Source of the DNA: a virus
Length of the DNA stretch: 62,942 nucleotides
UHGV virus genome: UHGV-0389389
Direction: 5' to 3' (one strand)
In this document: positions 29,330 to 39,658 of the stretch, piece by piece
Numbering within the stretch: the stretch's first letter is position 1
Layout: each line of letters opens with the position of its first letter
Notes under the pieces: generated by a model
The model's input: the letters and a program-made list of their open reading frames with translations, nothing else
Databases searched by the model: none
Told to the model about the DNA's origin: nothing
Program-made: the position numbers and the translations under genes

Positions 29330-30738
29330 TGGCAGGAACATTTATTGTCGGCGAAACAAAGATTCGCCCTGGAACATATTTTAACATCCAGAAAGTCGGA
29401 GAAAACCAGATCGTAGGTGCCTCGGATGGAGTGGTAGCCGTTTTCTTCAAATCTGATTTCGGACCGCTCGCGGAGGCGGTAGAGATCACACCGGAGGAAG
29501 GATACGAGAAGCTGTACGGAACTGCAGGCTCAACTAACGCAATCCGTGAAGTGATCAGAGCTGGCGCAACGAAATGCGTTTGCGTACGTGTCGGGAAAGG
29601 CGGAACTGCAGCTACGGTTACCCTTGATAAGGATGGAGAAACGGAAGCTTTAAAGATCACGGCGAAGTATCCGGGCGCCAAAGATTTTGCGGTCACCGTA
29701 AGAGAAAAGCTGTCCGATTCATCCCTGAAAGAATGTGTTATCTATTCTGGGGCAAAAGAATTTGAGAAGATTGAATTTGCGGCCGGCGATGATGAAGTAA
29801 AGGCGCTGAACGACGCGTTTGTAAACTCCAAGTGCTTTACGTCCGAGATCTTAGCAAGTGCGACAGGTGTTCTTGCAGATGTGAGTGAAGAGGCATTTAC
29901 TCCGGGAACAGATCCTACGGCAAGTAATGCGGAATACAGTGAGGCGTTTGTGGCGGCAGAGGCGTATCGGTTCAATGTGGCATGCGTTGATACGGAAGAA
30001 ACTGCCGTACATCAGTTGCTTGCTTCGTTTATTGATCGGATTTTCGATGCAGGACAGCTTGCAATGGCGGTTGTAGCTGAGAAGAAAACGGTCGCGCTTA
30101 CGGACCGTATGGCACATGCGGCTGCGTTCAACAGCGAGAAGATGCATTATGTGGTCAACGCATCTGCTGAAATCTCTGGAGAGGCTGTAGAGGGATACCT
30201 CGTAGCGGCAAGGATCGCAGGAATGATTGCTGCGTGTGCATCCAATAAGTCTCTTACCCACACGGTTGTGGAAGGGTACACTAAACTCAACGATGCCCTT
30301 ACTCCGACAGACATCTCTACGGCAGAGCAGAAAGGATGCATCGTTCTCAGCACGAACACGAGCGGGCAGATCTGGATCGACAGCGCAATCAATACGCTGG
30401 TAAGCCCGGCGGATAATCAGGATGACGGATGGAAAAAGATCCGAAGAACAAAAACGAGATATGAACTGATTACCCGCTGCAATGACCAGGCTGACGCTCT
30501 GATCGGAAAGGTGGATAACGATGTAAACGGCCGCGCTACGGTTGTTAGTCAGCTGCAGGGCGTCATCAATGCGATGATCAACGAAGGCAAGCTTGTATCT
30601 GGTACCGCATCCGAGAATACCACGTATCAGTCCGATGGCGATTATGCATACATGGACATCCAGGTGATCGACAAGGATTCCATTGAGCATCTGTATCTGA
30701 CATATAAATTCCAGTTCTCAAGCAGAACGACTGAATAA
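29329..30738 (+). CDS. Tail sheath protein (XkdK-like)
   Basis: N-terminal ...RPGTYFN... is typical of contractile tail sheaths; about 470 aa; followed by tube and chaperone genes. Confidence 0.65.
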   Translation: MAGTFIVGETKIRPGTYFNIQKVGENQIVGASDGVVAVFFKSDFGPLAEAVEITPEEGYEKLYGTAGSTNAIREVIRAGATKCVCVRVGKGGTAATVTLDKDGETEALKITAKYPGAKDFAVTVREKLSDSSLKECVIYSGAKEFEKIEFAAGDDEVKALNDAFVNSKCFTSEILASATGVLADVSEEAFTPGTDPTASNAEYSEAFVAAEAYRFNVACVDTEETAVHQLLASFIDRIFDAGQLAMAVVAEKKTVALTDRMAHAAAFNSEKMHYVVNASAEISGEAVEGYLVAARIAGMIAACASNKSLTHTVVEGYTKLNDALTPTDISTAEQKGCIVLSTNTSGQIWIDSAINTLVSPADNQDDGWKKIRRTKTRYELITRCNDQADALIGKVDNDVNGRATVVSQLQGVINAMINEGKLVSGTASENTTYQSDGDYAYMDIQVIDKDSIEHLYLTYKFQFSSRTTE

Positions 30739-30752
30739 AGGAGGGAAACTAA

Positions 30753-31211
30753 ATGGCTATTAACGAAAGAGCATCATCTGATGCGCGCCATGCGCGTACT
30801 GGCAAAGATGCCGGGCTCTACAATGGAACCGGCGATCTTCTGGCGTCTATGGAGTCTTTTCAGGCGAAGGCTACGTACAACAACGTAAAGTATAAACCTA
30901 TGGGAGATCCGCAGGAGCATGAAACCAGTGACTCTTACGGGATCACGATCACCGTCACGGAAATTGTAATCGAAGATATTGATATGTTCCGCGAACTGAT
31001 GGCGTCTATGAAGTCCGGAACAACACCGCAGTTCGTGTTCCAGGGCGTTCTCCAGGGACTTAACGGTTCCGAAGAGCGTGTTGTATACAGAGAATGTATC
31101 CCATCTGGAGACATTGATCTCCAGAATGTTGCGAATGGAGACGTTATCAAACGTAACTGGAACTTCTTTGTCAATGGAAAACCGGATCTCCAGAAGGAAC
31201 TCACAATCTAA
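30753..31211 (+). CDS. Tail tube protein (XkdM-like)
   Basis: Size and pattern resemble PBSX XkdM; sits between the sheath and chaperone genes. Confidence 0.6.
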   Translation: MAINERASSDARHARTGKDAGLYNGTGDLLASMESFQAKATYNNVKYKPMGDPQEHETSDSYGITITVTEIVIEDIDMFRELMASMKSGTTPQFVFQGVLQGLNGSEERVVYRECIPSGDIDLQNVANGDVIKRNWNFFVNGKPDLQKELTI

Positions 31212-31274
31212 ACTGATAAATTTGATGAAGGGCGGCCCTGCGGCCACCCTTCGGCATTTTAAGGAGGATATGCA

Positions 31275-31841
31275 ATGGCAAGTTTAGCAAAAACAGCAGG
31301 AAATAGGGAAAATTCGCAGGAAATTCGAGAGGAAGAATTTTCCGAAAAAGAAACGCAGGGGCAGCTTCTTACGGTGGAGAGTGACTTTATCGCTGGAATG
31401 CTCGCGGCGGCCGCTTATAAGACGGACGAAATTGTACAGTTCGATATTGTACGCGGCGGAAAGCTCTATTTTTCGTTCAGAATCCATGCTCTCGGAGAAG
31501 AGGAAGCAAACAAGTGCCGCAAGAAGTATACAAAGTATGTTCGGAATAAGCAGATCGGAATCAAGTTCGCCGAAGAAACGGACAATGCAAAATTCCGTTC
31601 CTCACTGATCTACCATGCAACAGTTGAAGAGGATCGAACAAAGCTTTGGGACAATCAGCAGGCGTGGGATGGACTTAGAAAGCAGGGAGTTCTTGTCGTG
31701 ACTGCACTTGATGTTATCGAGGCGGTTCTTCTGGGCGGAGAAAAAGACAAGGTCATCGACGAGATCAACAAGCTGAGCGGATTTGACTCCGAAAATCTGG
31801 AAGAGGTTGAAAACAAGATGGAGGAAACAGCAAAAAACTGA
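31275..31841 (+). CDS. Tail assembly chaperone (XkdN-like)
   Basis: XkdN-like sequence; ends in a slippery A_AAA_AAC at 31832-31838. Confidence 0.6.
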   Translation: MASLAKTAGNRENSQEIREEEFSEKETQGQLLTVESDFIAGMLAAAAYKTDEIVQFDIVRGGKLYFSFRIHALGEEEANKCRKKYTKYVRNKQIGIKFAEETDNAKFRSSLIYHATVEEDRTKLWDNQQAWDGLRKQGVLVVTALDVIEAVLLGGEKDKVIDEINKLSGFDSENLEEVENKMEETAKN

Positions 31842-32008
31842 TCCGGGCAGGAGGGAAAACCACCCTCTTGCATCAGATTTTTCAGCGGTTAGGCATAACT
31901 CCGGATGAAGTATATGCAAAGCCTGCTGGCGTGCGGGCGTTTATGTTCGCGTCCATGAGAATACGTCTGGAAGATGACGAGAAAGGAGGAAGAACGGGTG
32001 GCGACTAA
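31275..32008 (+). CDS. Tail assembly chaperone, -1 frameshift extension product (fusion to a ...LIRAGGKTT...FMFASMRIR... tail)
   Basis: The -1 frame is open from 31838 to the TAA at 32006-32008; heptamer A AAA AAC; analogous to lambda G/GT. Confidence 0.5.
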
Positions 32009-35000
32009 GGTTATAAAAATCGAGATCCCTATAGAGACGAAAGACAATACCGGCCAGGTTGTCGATAGTATATCCGAAAAGATGGAAGGCCTTGATTCGG
32101 CAGCGAAAAAGGCGCAAAAGAGCATGGAAAATACCGTGAATAGCGCTAATAAGGCCGCAAGGGGATTCGAAAACGCATCCAAGAGCGTTTCTGGCTTTGA
32201 AAAATCTGTTGGAAGTGGTTTTGACAACGCTTCTAAAAAGGCTTCTGGCTTTGAAAAGTCTGTAAACCAGACGCAGAAATCGCTTCTTGCAATGCTGAAA
32301 GAGAAGTATCAGATCCTACTTGAGGCGAAGGACCGGATAACACCGACAGTAAAGCAGGCGATAACCTATGTAAAAAGCCTGACGTCAAAAGCGTGGAAGG
32401 TTACGCTTAAAGCTGTGGATCTCGTGACATCCCCTGTCAGGCGAGTGTTCGGGCTACTGCAAAGTCCGCTTGTCGCTGCCGGTGTCACTATATCAGCAGG
32501 CGCCGGTATTGCGGATACGGTTCAGACGTACGCTGATTTTGAGGCGGCTATGTCTGAGGTAAAAGCGATATCAGGTGCCACGAGCGAAGAATTTGCGCAG
32601 TTGACTGACAAAGCAAACCAGATGGGTGCTGTTACGAAGTTTACGGCTTCTGAATCAGCAGAGGCGTTTAAGTACATGGCGCAGGCAGGCTGGGATGCAA
32701 AAGAAATGATGGACGGTATCGAAGGGCTCATGTCATTAGCAGCAGCTTCCGGAGAAGATCTGGGAACTACATCAGATATCGTAACAGATGCCCTTACGGC
32801 GTTCGGAATGTCGGCGAAAGAAAGCGGAAGATTTGCAGACGTCATGGCCATGGCAGCAAATGCAACGAATACTGATGTTGCCAAAATGGGTGACACGTTT
32901 AAGTATGTTGCACCGGTTGCCGGCGCCCTGGGATACAGCATAGAAGATACTGCGGTGGCTATCGGCCTTATGGCTAATAATGGCATTAAGGCATCTCAGG
33001 CAGGAACGAGCTTGAGAAGCCTTCTCACAAACCTTACACATCCTGTAGGTCAGGCTGAGGATGCCATTAACGACCTCGGTATCAGCATAACAAATGCGGA
33101 TGGATCGGTTAAGCCGTTATCCCAGACATTGCAGGAATTGAGATCAAAATTCGGTGCCTTATCCGAAGCAGAGAGGGCACAGTATGCTGCGATGCTGGCC
33201 GGACAGGAAGGAATGAGTGGTCTCTTGGCAATCGTAAATGCCTCCGATCAGGACTTCGCAGATCTTACAGAGCAGATCAATAACAGTTCTGGAGCTGCAC
33301 AGGAGATGGCTGATATCATGATGGATAATCTTGCTGGAAAATTTGAACTGTTCACGGGAGCCCTTGACTCCATGAAAATGTCTCTCGGAGAAAGGTTCAA
33401 GCCATATCTCATGGATGCGTTAGAGTGGCTGACGGATAAAGTACCAGATGTGGAAAACGCATTACTAACCGCCATGAACTCCTTTGATCGCTTCGTTGAT
33501 GAAACGAAATCAAAAATAGCTGAGTTTACAGCTACGGATGAATGGGAAAATGCTGATCTGTTTGGGAAAATCGAAATAGCATGGGATGAACTTGTGGCGG
33601 AGCCGTTTTCAGATTGGTGGAATGGATCCGGAAAACTGAAAGTAGCTGGTGTTGCAAGAGATATAGGCACCGGAATCGGAAGTGCGATTTCTGCTGGTAT
33701 TTTGGCATTGATGGGGATTGACGTATCGTCAGTGATTGATGAAGGAAGCAGCATTGGCCGTCAGTTCGCAGAAGGGTTTTCGGAAGGCATGAGTGGCGTG
33801 GATGTATCAGCAGCTCTTGGTACAATGGTAAGCGGAGCGTTTTCGAGTGCCGGAAAACTTCTTCCTGGAGGGACAGCTCCGGATATTGGTTCTCTCTTGT
33901 CTGCGGCGGCAATAGCAAAGATCGCGGGACCGTTGATGAGCTTTGGATCTGGAGCATTCAAAGTAGGAAAGGGCGTATATAAAAGTGCTACAGGAGGAGT
34001 TCTTAAAAAAATAATTGGCTCTGCATCCGTTGCAGATGAATTAGCGGGCATTGGAACAATGACTGGAACAGGACTGGCAGGTGGCCTTGCCAAGATAGGA
34101 GCAAATTTAGGAGGTGCTAGTATTGCTTCCACAGGAACGGGATTAGCGCTTGCCGGAGGCGGTGCTGTTGCCGGCGGACTAATTGGAGGAGCTGCACTAA
34201 TAAGCAGTGGCTTCGATGCTTATGATGCATACAAGGCATACAAAAAAGGCGATACAGAGAAAGCAAAATCGTCTGCCACATCCGCTGGACTAACAGCAGG
34301 CGGTGCACTTACTGGAGCAGCTATAGGAACTGCGATTCTTCCAGGTGTTGGAACACTAATTGGCGCTGGTGTCGGAGGTCTTGCTGGATGGTTTGGTGGA
34401 AATAAGGTAAAAGAGGATTATGAGGAAGCTGCGGCAGCGGCTGAAAACCTTGAGCAAAAAAGCAAATATGCTCTCGAAGGTGCAAAATTCGACAGCAAAG
34501 AGCTCAAAGAAGCTTTTGATGATACGAATGTATCTGCTGAACAGTTTGGCGCTATGATGCAGGAAGCAACCTCGAATAAGATAAGGGATGCCTTTGGCGA
34601 TATAAAGCTTACCATGCAGGAAATTGAAGAAGCGGCAAAGCAAATTGTTTTTGCTGATCAAGCGGATGCACTTGACAAATTTTCAACCGCGGCAGAAACG
34701 GCAGATAGCTCGCTTACATCTTTGCAGAGTTCAGTTCAAACGATGGATAAGTTGAACTGGAAGGCTTCGTTAGGAATGAAGTTTGATGAAGGTGATATAT
34801 CGGAATATATATCGGCGGTTGATTCCATGATTGAGAGCTCGAAACAGTATCTTGAAGATAAGCATTATGAGGCAACTGCGGCAATAAATCTTTTGATAGA
34901 GCCGGGAAATGATGTAGACATGATATCTGGATTGAACCAAATGTATTCGGATCTGCAGTCTAAGATTGAGAGTATTGGGAGGGATCTGAAAGCGAAGGTA

Positions 35001-36869
35001 AATGTCGCACTCGAAGATGGAGTAATCACGCTTGATGAACAAGCAGAGATTACAAATTTACAGAATCAGATTACGGAAATTACGAACCAAATAAGCCAGG
35101 CAGAAACGGAAGCAAGTTTCCAGAGTTTGAAGATTAAATATTCCGGTGCTTCACTTGATGCTGATTCCTTTGCTTCTCTGGTAACAGAAATACAGGCGAA
35201 TGTGCAGGAGGCTATATCACAGTATGATGAAGGTTTGGAAGTTTCACTAACAAATCTGAATTTGCAGCTAGATGATGCAAAAGCAAAGCTGGATGCAGGA
35301 GAAATAACAATTGACAATTATGATGAAATTAAAACATCAATTCAGAATCAAATAGATGCATTAGGAGAAGATTATCAAGCGAAAATCACCGACTTGTCCG
35401 TACGTGTGGAAAGTTTCGAACTGCAGTCAATAGCGGATGCGTTTGGTAGTGAGTTGGACGGAATCCTTCCGGATCTGGAAGGAACGGTAGCTGAACGACT
35501 TGGAACTGCCATGCACAATGCAATGGCTAATGGAGTGGATGTAGAAAATTGGGATGTGTCAACAGCATCCGAATGGTTGGATCTTGATGGGCTGTCTGCT
35601 GAGACACAATCTGCGATTACAGAAATGATGAGCCAAGTTGCCGCATCCATGCCGGAACAAATGACATCTGCGCTTGAAGGTAGCGGAGCGAATTTGAGCG
35701 AGAGCGTAAACAATATGGTAAAATCCGGCATTGAAAATTCGGATTTCTCTGAAACAGGATCAATTCTAACACAGAAAATAGGAGAATCCATGTCTGCTGT
35801 AGATATGTCAGAATCTGGAGCTGGATTACAAGAAGGGTTGCAAAACTCACTCACATCATCCATTGAAAATATAGATCTGACAGAAGCTGGGGCTTCTCTA
35901 AATGCCAAGCTTGGAGAATCAATATCGGCGGTTGATATGTCGGAATCGGGGGCAGGTCTACAGGAAGGCTTACAGAATTCATTGAATGCAGCTTTGGAAG
36001 GAGTAGATTTTACACAGGGAGCGCAAACAATCAACACAAATATTATGACTGCTCTGTCATCTGCAGAGAATGTCGATATGACCGGGTTTGTTACTGCTCT
36101 GCAGAGTAGTATAACCTCTTCCGTAGAGGGAATTGAGTATTCTGGGGTTACTTCGGCGGTTGGTACGGGAATATCTAATGCCATAACAGCAACCATGAGC
36201 ACGATACAGGGCTCTATAACAAACCTGTATAATTCCGTTGGTGCGGCAATTAACAGTGCGTTTTCAGCAGGATTTTCGACCACGACGACCGTTACGATTA
36301 CGGCGAATTATAAACTGGCAAACCCATCTGCAACGATCAGTTTTAGCGGTGGCGGAACTGGAACGGCAACGGTCAGCGGAAGTATTTCAAGCCATGCAAA
36401 TGGTGGTTTCGCTTATGGCCCAGAGCTTACATGGTGGGGCGAGGACGGACCGGAAGTAATCATTCCGCTTGGAAGCAAACGGCGACAAAGAGGACTGGAG
36501 TTGTGGGCGCAAGCCGGAGAAATGCTCGGAGTAGGAAAGAACGCTGACGGCGGCTTTATCGGCGCCGGAACGTCTTCCAATAAAAATATATGGGAGAATA
36601 CAGAAAGCCTCACAGAGCCAATATCAGAAAGCGACAGAGGCACCTCTGATGTTTCAAGCGTCATTGAAAGTGAGAAAAACTCGGATACAAAAGAAGTCAA
36701 CCTTAGCGTGACTGTAAATCCGCAGTTCGTGATTTCGTCAACTGGTCAGAGGGAAGATGATATCCTGCAAATTATCAAAATGCATATGAAAGAACTGGCA
36801 GATGACCTCGGCGGCGAGCTTGCTGATCGCCTGGGCGAGGTGTTCTCAAACATGCCGGTGAGTAGTTAA
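31998..36869 (+). CDS. Tail tape measure protein
   Basis: 1.6-kaa protein with a TP901-family TMP core (AMSEVKAISGATSEEFAQLTD...AEAFKYMAQAGWDA...); GTG 31998 after AAAGGAGG, with an alternative ATG at 31974. Confidence 0.85.
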   Translation: MATKVIKIEIPIETKDNTGQVVDSISEKMEGLDSAAKKAQKSMENTVNSANKAARGFENASKSVSGFEKSVGSGFDNASKKASGFEKSVNQTQKSLLAMLKEKYQILLEAKDRITPTVKQAITYVKSLTSKAWKVTLKAVDLVTSPVRRVFGLLQSPLVAAGVTISAGAGIADTVQTYADFEAAMSEVKAISGATSEEFAQLTDKANQMGAVTKFTASESAEAFKYMAQAGWDAKEMMDGIEGLMSLAAASGEDLGTTSDIVTDALTAFGMSAKESGRFADVMAMAANATNTDVAKMGDTFKYVAPVAGALGYSIEDTAVAIGLMANNGIKASQAGTSLRSLLTNLTHPVGQAEDAINDLGISITNADGSVKPLSQTLQELRSKFGALSEAERAQYAAMLAGQEGMSGLLAIVNASDQDFADLTEQINNSSGAAQEMADIMMDNLAGKFELFTGALDSMKMSLGERFKPYLMDALEWLTDKVPDVENALLTAMNSFDRFVDETKSKIAEFTATDEWENADLFGKIEIAWDELVAEPFSDWWNGSGKLKVAGVARDIGTGIGSAISAGILALMGIDVSSVIDEGSSIGRQFAEGFSEGMSGVDVSAALGTMVSGAFSSAGKLLPGGTAPDIGSLLSAAAIAKIAGPLMSFGSGAFKVGKGVYKSATGGVLKKIIGSASVADELAGIGTMTGTGLAGGLAKIGANLGGASIASTGTGLALAGGGAVAGGLIGGAALISSGFDAYDAYKAYKKGDTEKAKSSATSAGLTAGGALTGAAIGTAILPGVGTLIGAGVGGLAGWFGGNKVKEDYEEAAAAAENLEQKSKYALEGAKFDSKELKEAFDDTNVSAEQFGAMMQEATSNKIRDAFGDIKLTMQEIEEAAKQIVFADQADALDKFSTAAETADSSLTSLQSSVQTMDKLNWKASLGMKFDEGDISEYISAVDSMIESSKQYLEDKHYEATAAINLLIEPGNDVDMISGLNQMYSDLQSKIESIGRDLKAKVNVALEDGVITLDEQAEITNLQNQITEITNQISQAETEASFQSLKIKYSGASLDADSFASLVTEIQANVQEAISQYDEGLEVSLTNLNLQLDDAKAKLDAGEITIDNYDEIKTSIQNQIDALGEDYQAKITDLSVRVESFELQSIADAFGSELDGILPDLEGTVAERLGTAMHNAMANGVDVENWDVSTASEWLDLDGLSAETQSAITEMMSQVAASMPEQMTSALEGSGANLSESVNNMVKSGIENSDFSETGSILTQKIGESMSAVDMSESGAGLQEGLQNSLTSSIENIDLTEAGASLNAKLGESISAVDMSESGAGLQEGLQNSLNAALEGVDFTQGAQTINTNIMTALSSAENVDMTGFVTALQSSITSSVEGIEYSGVTSAVGTGISNAITATMSTIQGSITNLYNSVGAAINSAFSAGFSTTTTVTITANYKLANPSATISFSGGGTGTATVSGSISSHANGGFAYGPELTWWGEDGPEVIIPLGSKRRQRGLELWAQAGEMLGVGKNADGGFIGAGTSSNKNIWENTESLTEPISESDRGTSDVSSVIESEKNSDTKEVNLSVTVNPQFVISSTGQREDDILQIIKMHMKELADDLGGELADRLGEVFSNMPVSS

Positions 36870-36881
36870 GGGAGGCGCTTT

Positions 36882-37571
36882 ATGGATGTTATTTTAACCG
36901 AAGTTGAAAACGGTAAAAGCAAATTTATCTTTCCAAGCCTCCCAGAGGAGGTAAAGGGAACAAACCGGACCAATTATCAGTCCTACGATATTCTGTCATA
37001 CGGAGAGGTAAAAATCCCGAAAGGTATGAAGCTTACAGAGATTTCATTTGACGGGATATTTTTTGGATCTGCGAAAAAGAATGAGTCCATTGTAAAGCAA
37101 TGGGTTAAGCCGGCAGAGTGTGAAAAAATTCTGAAAAACTGGCAGGAAAAAGGAACTGTTCTGCGGCTGATGGTCACTGAAACCAATGTTAATATCGATG
37201 TTACGATCAGTAGCTTTGAATGTACTGATTACGGCGGATACGGAAATAAGAAATATTCACTGGAGTTTGTGCAATACCGATCCTTGAAAGTTTACACGAC
37301 AGACGAGCTGAAAATCGTAAAGTTTGTAAAGAAGACGGTAACGAGACCGGCGGCTGCGGCACCATCAAATAAAGGAAGCTACACAGTAAAGTCTGGAGAT
37401 AACTTATGGAAAATTGCCAGAAAATTCTACGGCGGATCAGGATCAACGTGGACGAAGATATACAGCGCGAATAAATCTGTCATAGAATCAACAGCAAAAA
37501 AGCACGGTTATGCAAATAGCGACAATGGGCATTGGATTTTCCCTGGCACAGTTTTTGTTATTCCAAATTAG
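36882..37571 (+). CDS. XkdP-like tail protein with a C-terminal LysM domain
   Basis: YTVKSGDNLWKIARKFYGG...IYSAN matches a LysM domain. Confidence 0.65.
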   Translation: MDVILTEVENGKSKFIFPSLPEEVKGTNRTNYQSYDILSYGEVKIPKGMKLTEISFDGIFFGSAKKNESIVKQWVKPAECEKILKNWQEKGTVLRLMVTETNVNIDVTISSFECTDYGGYGNKKYSLEFVQYRSLKVYTTDELKIVKFVKKTVTRPAAAAPSNKGSYTVKSGDNLWKIARKFYGGSGSTWTKIYSANKSVIESTAKKHGYANSDNGHWIFPGTVFVIPN

Positions 37572-37586
37572 AAGGAGGACAGGGGA

Positions 37587-38831
37587 ATGATAGATTTGTC
37601 GAAGATTCAATACCGCTTTGTCATTATGGACGAAAAGGGAAATCAGTACAATATAAAAGATTATGTGGAAAATCTCGGGTGGGAGCAAGGCGAAGACGAA
37701 CTCTCCACCCGGATTTCGTTTACAACTAAAAATGAAAAGTCATCAAAAGAAGTGTTTTCGGATATAGCGAAACTCGGGTGTTTGGTCGGAGTATTTGTTT
37801 CTGATGGCGTTACGGATGACGAAGTGGCCCGCGGGAACATCATTGATTGGAAACCGGCATACTCTTCGGACGGGTACAAGTTTGACGGAAAGTGTTATGA
37901 CAAGCTGTACAATCTCCAAGAGAGCCAGGATAATTTCTATTTCCCGGCAGGCACCGGAACAAAATCAGCCGTGACTAAAGTTTTTGATGACTATGAAATT
38001 GTTCTTGGATCATATGAGGGTCCAAACGAAACACACGCAAAATTAACATTTAAATCCGACGATCCAGCTAATGTCATCATGGAGATACTGGACGATGCCT
38101 ATAAAAAAGGCGGCGTGAAATGTGTCGTGCAAGATCGGAAAGGAAAAGCATATGTGGTTCCGTATGCGAACAATAAGACCGTATATCACTTTGCGGCCGA
38201 AAATGTAATCAATGCCACACATAAGAGGAGCACTGCAGGAATGGTTACTCGTGTGAAAGTGATAGGTCAGGAGGATGATGATGGAAAAAGCGCGGTGGAA
38301 GCTGTGCTGAACGGTAGTACAAAATATGGCGTACGGCAGAAAATAGTTCGAAGGGGAACTGATGAAAGCCTTGAGGATGCAAAGACATCGGCACAGACAA
38401 TTCTCGATGAAGAGGGAGAAGTTCAGGAGGAGATGACTGTAAAGGCACCTGATATTCCATGGGTGCGCAAAGGGGACCTGGTTCATGTAACGGTTGGAAC
38501 CATGAATGCGTACTACTATGTTATTGGCATAAGGCATGATGTAGACAGCCGCAGCATGACACTGGATCTTCGTGTACCATTCAAAGAATATGAGAAGAAA
38601 GCACAGCAGACGGTACAGAAAAAATCTTACAATGTGGGCGATATTGTGAATTTCCACGGCGGAACACATTACGTTAGATCTTATGCGGGATCCCGTGGAT
38701 ACAACGCAAGAGCTGGACGAGCAAAAATAACCATTAAGAACGGATCGGGGAAAGCCCACCCATGGCACCTGATACATGTGGACAGTTCAAGCAATGTATA
38801 TGGATGGGTGGACGACGGAACATTTGATTAA
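37587..38831 (+). CDS. XkdQ-like baseplate hub protein (gpD/gp27 region)
   Basis: Position and size in the PBSX-like order. Confidence 0.45.
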   Translation: MIDLSKIQYRFVIMDEKGNQYNIKDYVENLGWEQGEDELSTRISFTTKNEKSSKEVFSDIAKLGCLVGVFVSDGVTDDEVARGNIIDWKPAYSSDGYKFDGKCYDKLYNLQESQDNFYFPAGTGTKSAVTKVFDDYEIVLGSYEGPNETHAKLTFKSDDPANVIMEILDDAYKKGGVKCVVQDRKGKAYVVPYANNKTVYHFAAENVINATHKRSTAGMVTRVKVIGQEDDDGKSAVEAVLNGSTKYGVRQKIVRRGTDESLEDAKTSAQTILDEEGEVQEEMTVKAPDIPWVRKGDLVHVTVGTMNAYYYVIGIRHDVDSRSMTLDLRVPFKEYEKKAQQTVQKKSYNVGDIVNFHGGTHYVRSYAGSRGYNARAGRAKITIKNGSGKAHPWHLIHVDSSSNVYGWVDDGTFD

Positions 38832-38843
38832 GGAGGGATGACG

Positions 38844-39188
38844 ATGGCGTTTGATGGACATGCCGGAACAAACAAACTGGCAAGGACGCTTCATAAAAGA
38901 ATGAAAAGCATGTCAGACTCTCCCCTTGTTCTTGATTTTGGAAAAATAGAGTCTGACTATGGGCTGATAACAAATACCTTCCCGGTAAAAATTCCAAATG
39001 GAGATTATACAGTGTGCCGGCATGTAACAGGTATGTCTCTTGGAGCTTCGGGCGGTAGTCATGGCGGGCATGAATATGGCAACGGTTCACATTCGCATTC
39101 CATACCGGTCCCCGGATTATCGCCTGGGGATCATGTGCTTGTGGCATGGGTACAGAATGAAGCGGTAGTCATTGATGTGATCAATTAG
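38844..39188 (+). CDS. XkdR-like small baseplate protein with a Gly/His-rich segment
   Basis: Position; GASGGSHGGHEYGNGSHSHS. Confidence 0.4.
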   Translation: MAFDGHAGTNKLARTLHKRMKSMSDSPLVLDFGKIESDYGLITNTFPVKIPNGDYTVCRHVTGMSLGASGGSHGGHEYGNGSHSHSIPVPGLSPGDHVLVAWVQNEAVVIDVIN

Positions 39189-39201
39189 GGGAGGTGAAAA
39201 C

Positions 39202-39642
39202 ATGGACGAAGAAAATACGTTATTTCCCGTGGAGGAATCCCCCGAATTTATCGATGACGGAGATCAATTAGATCGGGATTACCATTATACGGTTGCGTGG
39301 GATGTTGAAAAACAGGATTTTGTCCTCAATGGAAAAGGGAAGATGGAGCAGTGTGACGGTGTGGAAGGTTATAAAGTGTGGTGCTGCAAGATGGCTCTTA
39401 CAGAACGATACGACTGCGCGGCTTATCCGGATGAAATTGGCACTGAACTAGCCGAGGCTCTGGCAGAAGATAGTGAAAAGGCGGTTGAGTCCGCAATAGA
39501 GAGAACAATAACAGAGGCGTTGATGGTGAATCCGAGGACGGAATATGCTAGGCAATTTGAATTTGTTTGGAATGGTGATGCTGTAAGCGTTTCATTTGTT
39601 GTTAAGGGAGTGGATATTGACGAGTTTAAAGTTTCTATATAG
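39202..39642 (+). CDS. XkdS-like baseplate protein
   Basis: Position and size. Confidence 0.4.
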   Translation: MDEENTLFPVEESPEFIDDGDQLDRDYHYTVAWDVEKQDFVLNGKGKMEQCDGVEGYKVWCCKMALTERYDCAAYPDEIGTELAEALAEDSEKAVESAIERTITEALMVNPRTEYARQFEFVWNGDAVSVSFVVKGVDIDEFKVSI

Positions 39643-39658
39643 CGAGGAGGTGATATAA

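Noticed and set aside
35375-36283. 302-aa minus-strand ORF, with others at 33248-34132, antisense inside the tape-measure gene
   Set aside because: Low-complexity antisense reading of a long, Ala/Gly/Ser-rich coding region; no RBS and no plausible function
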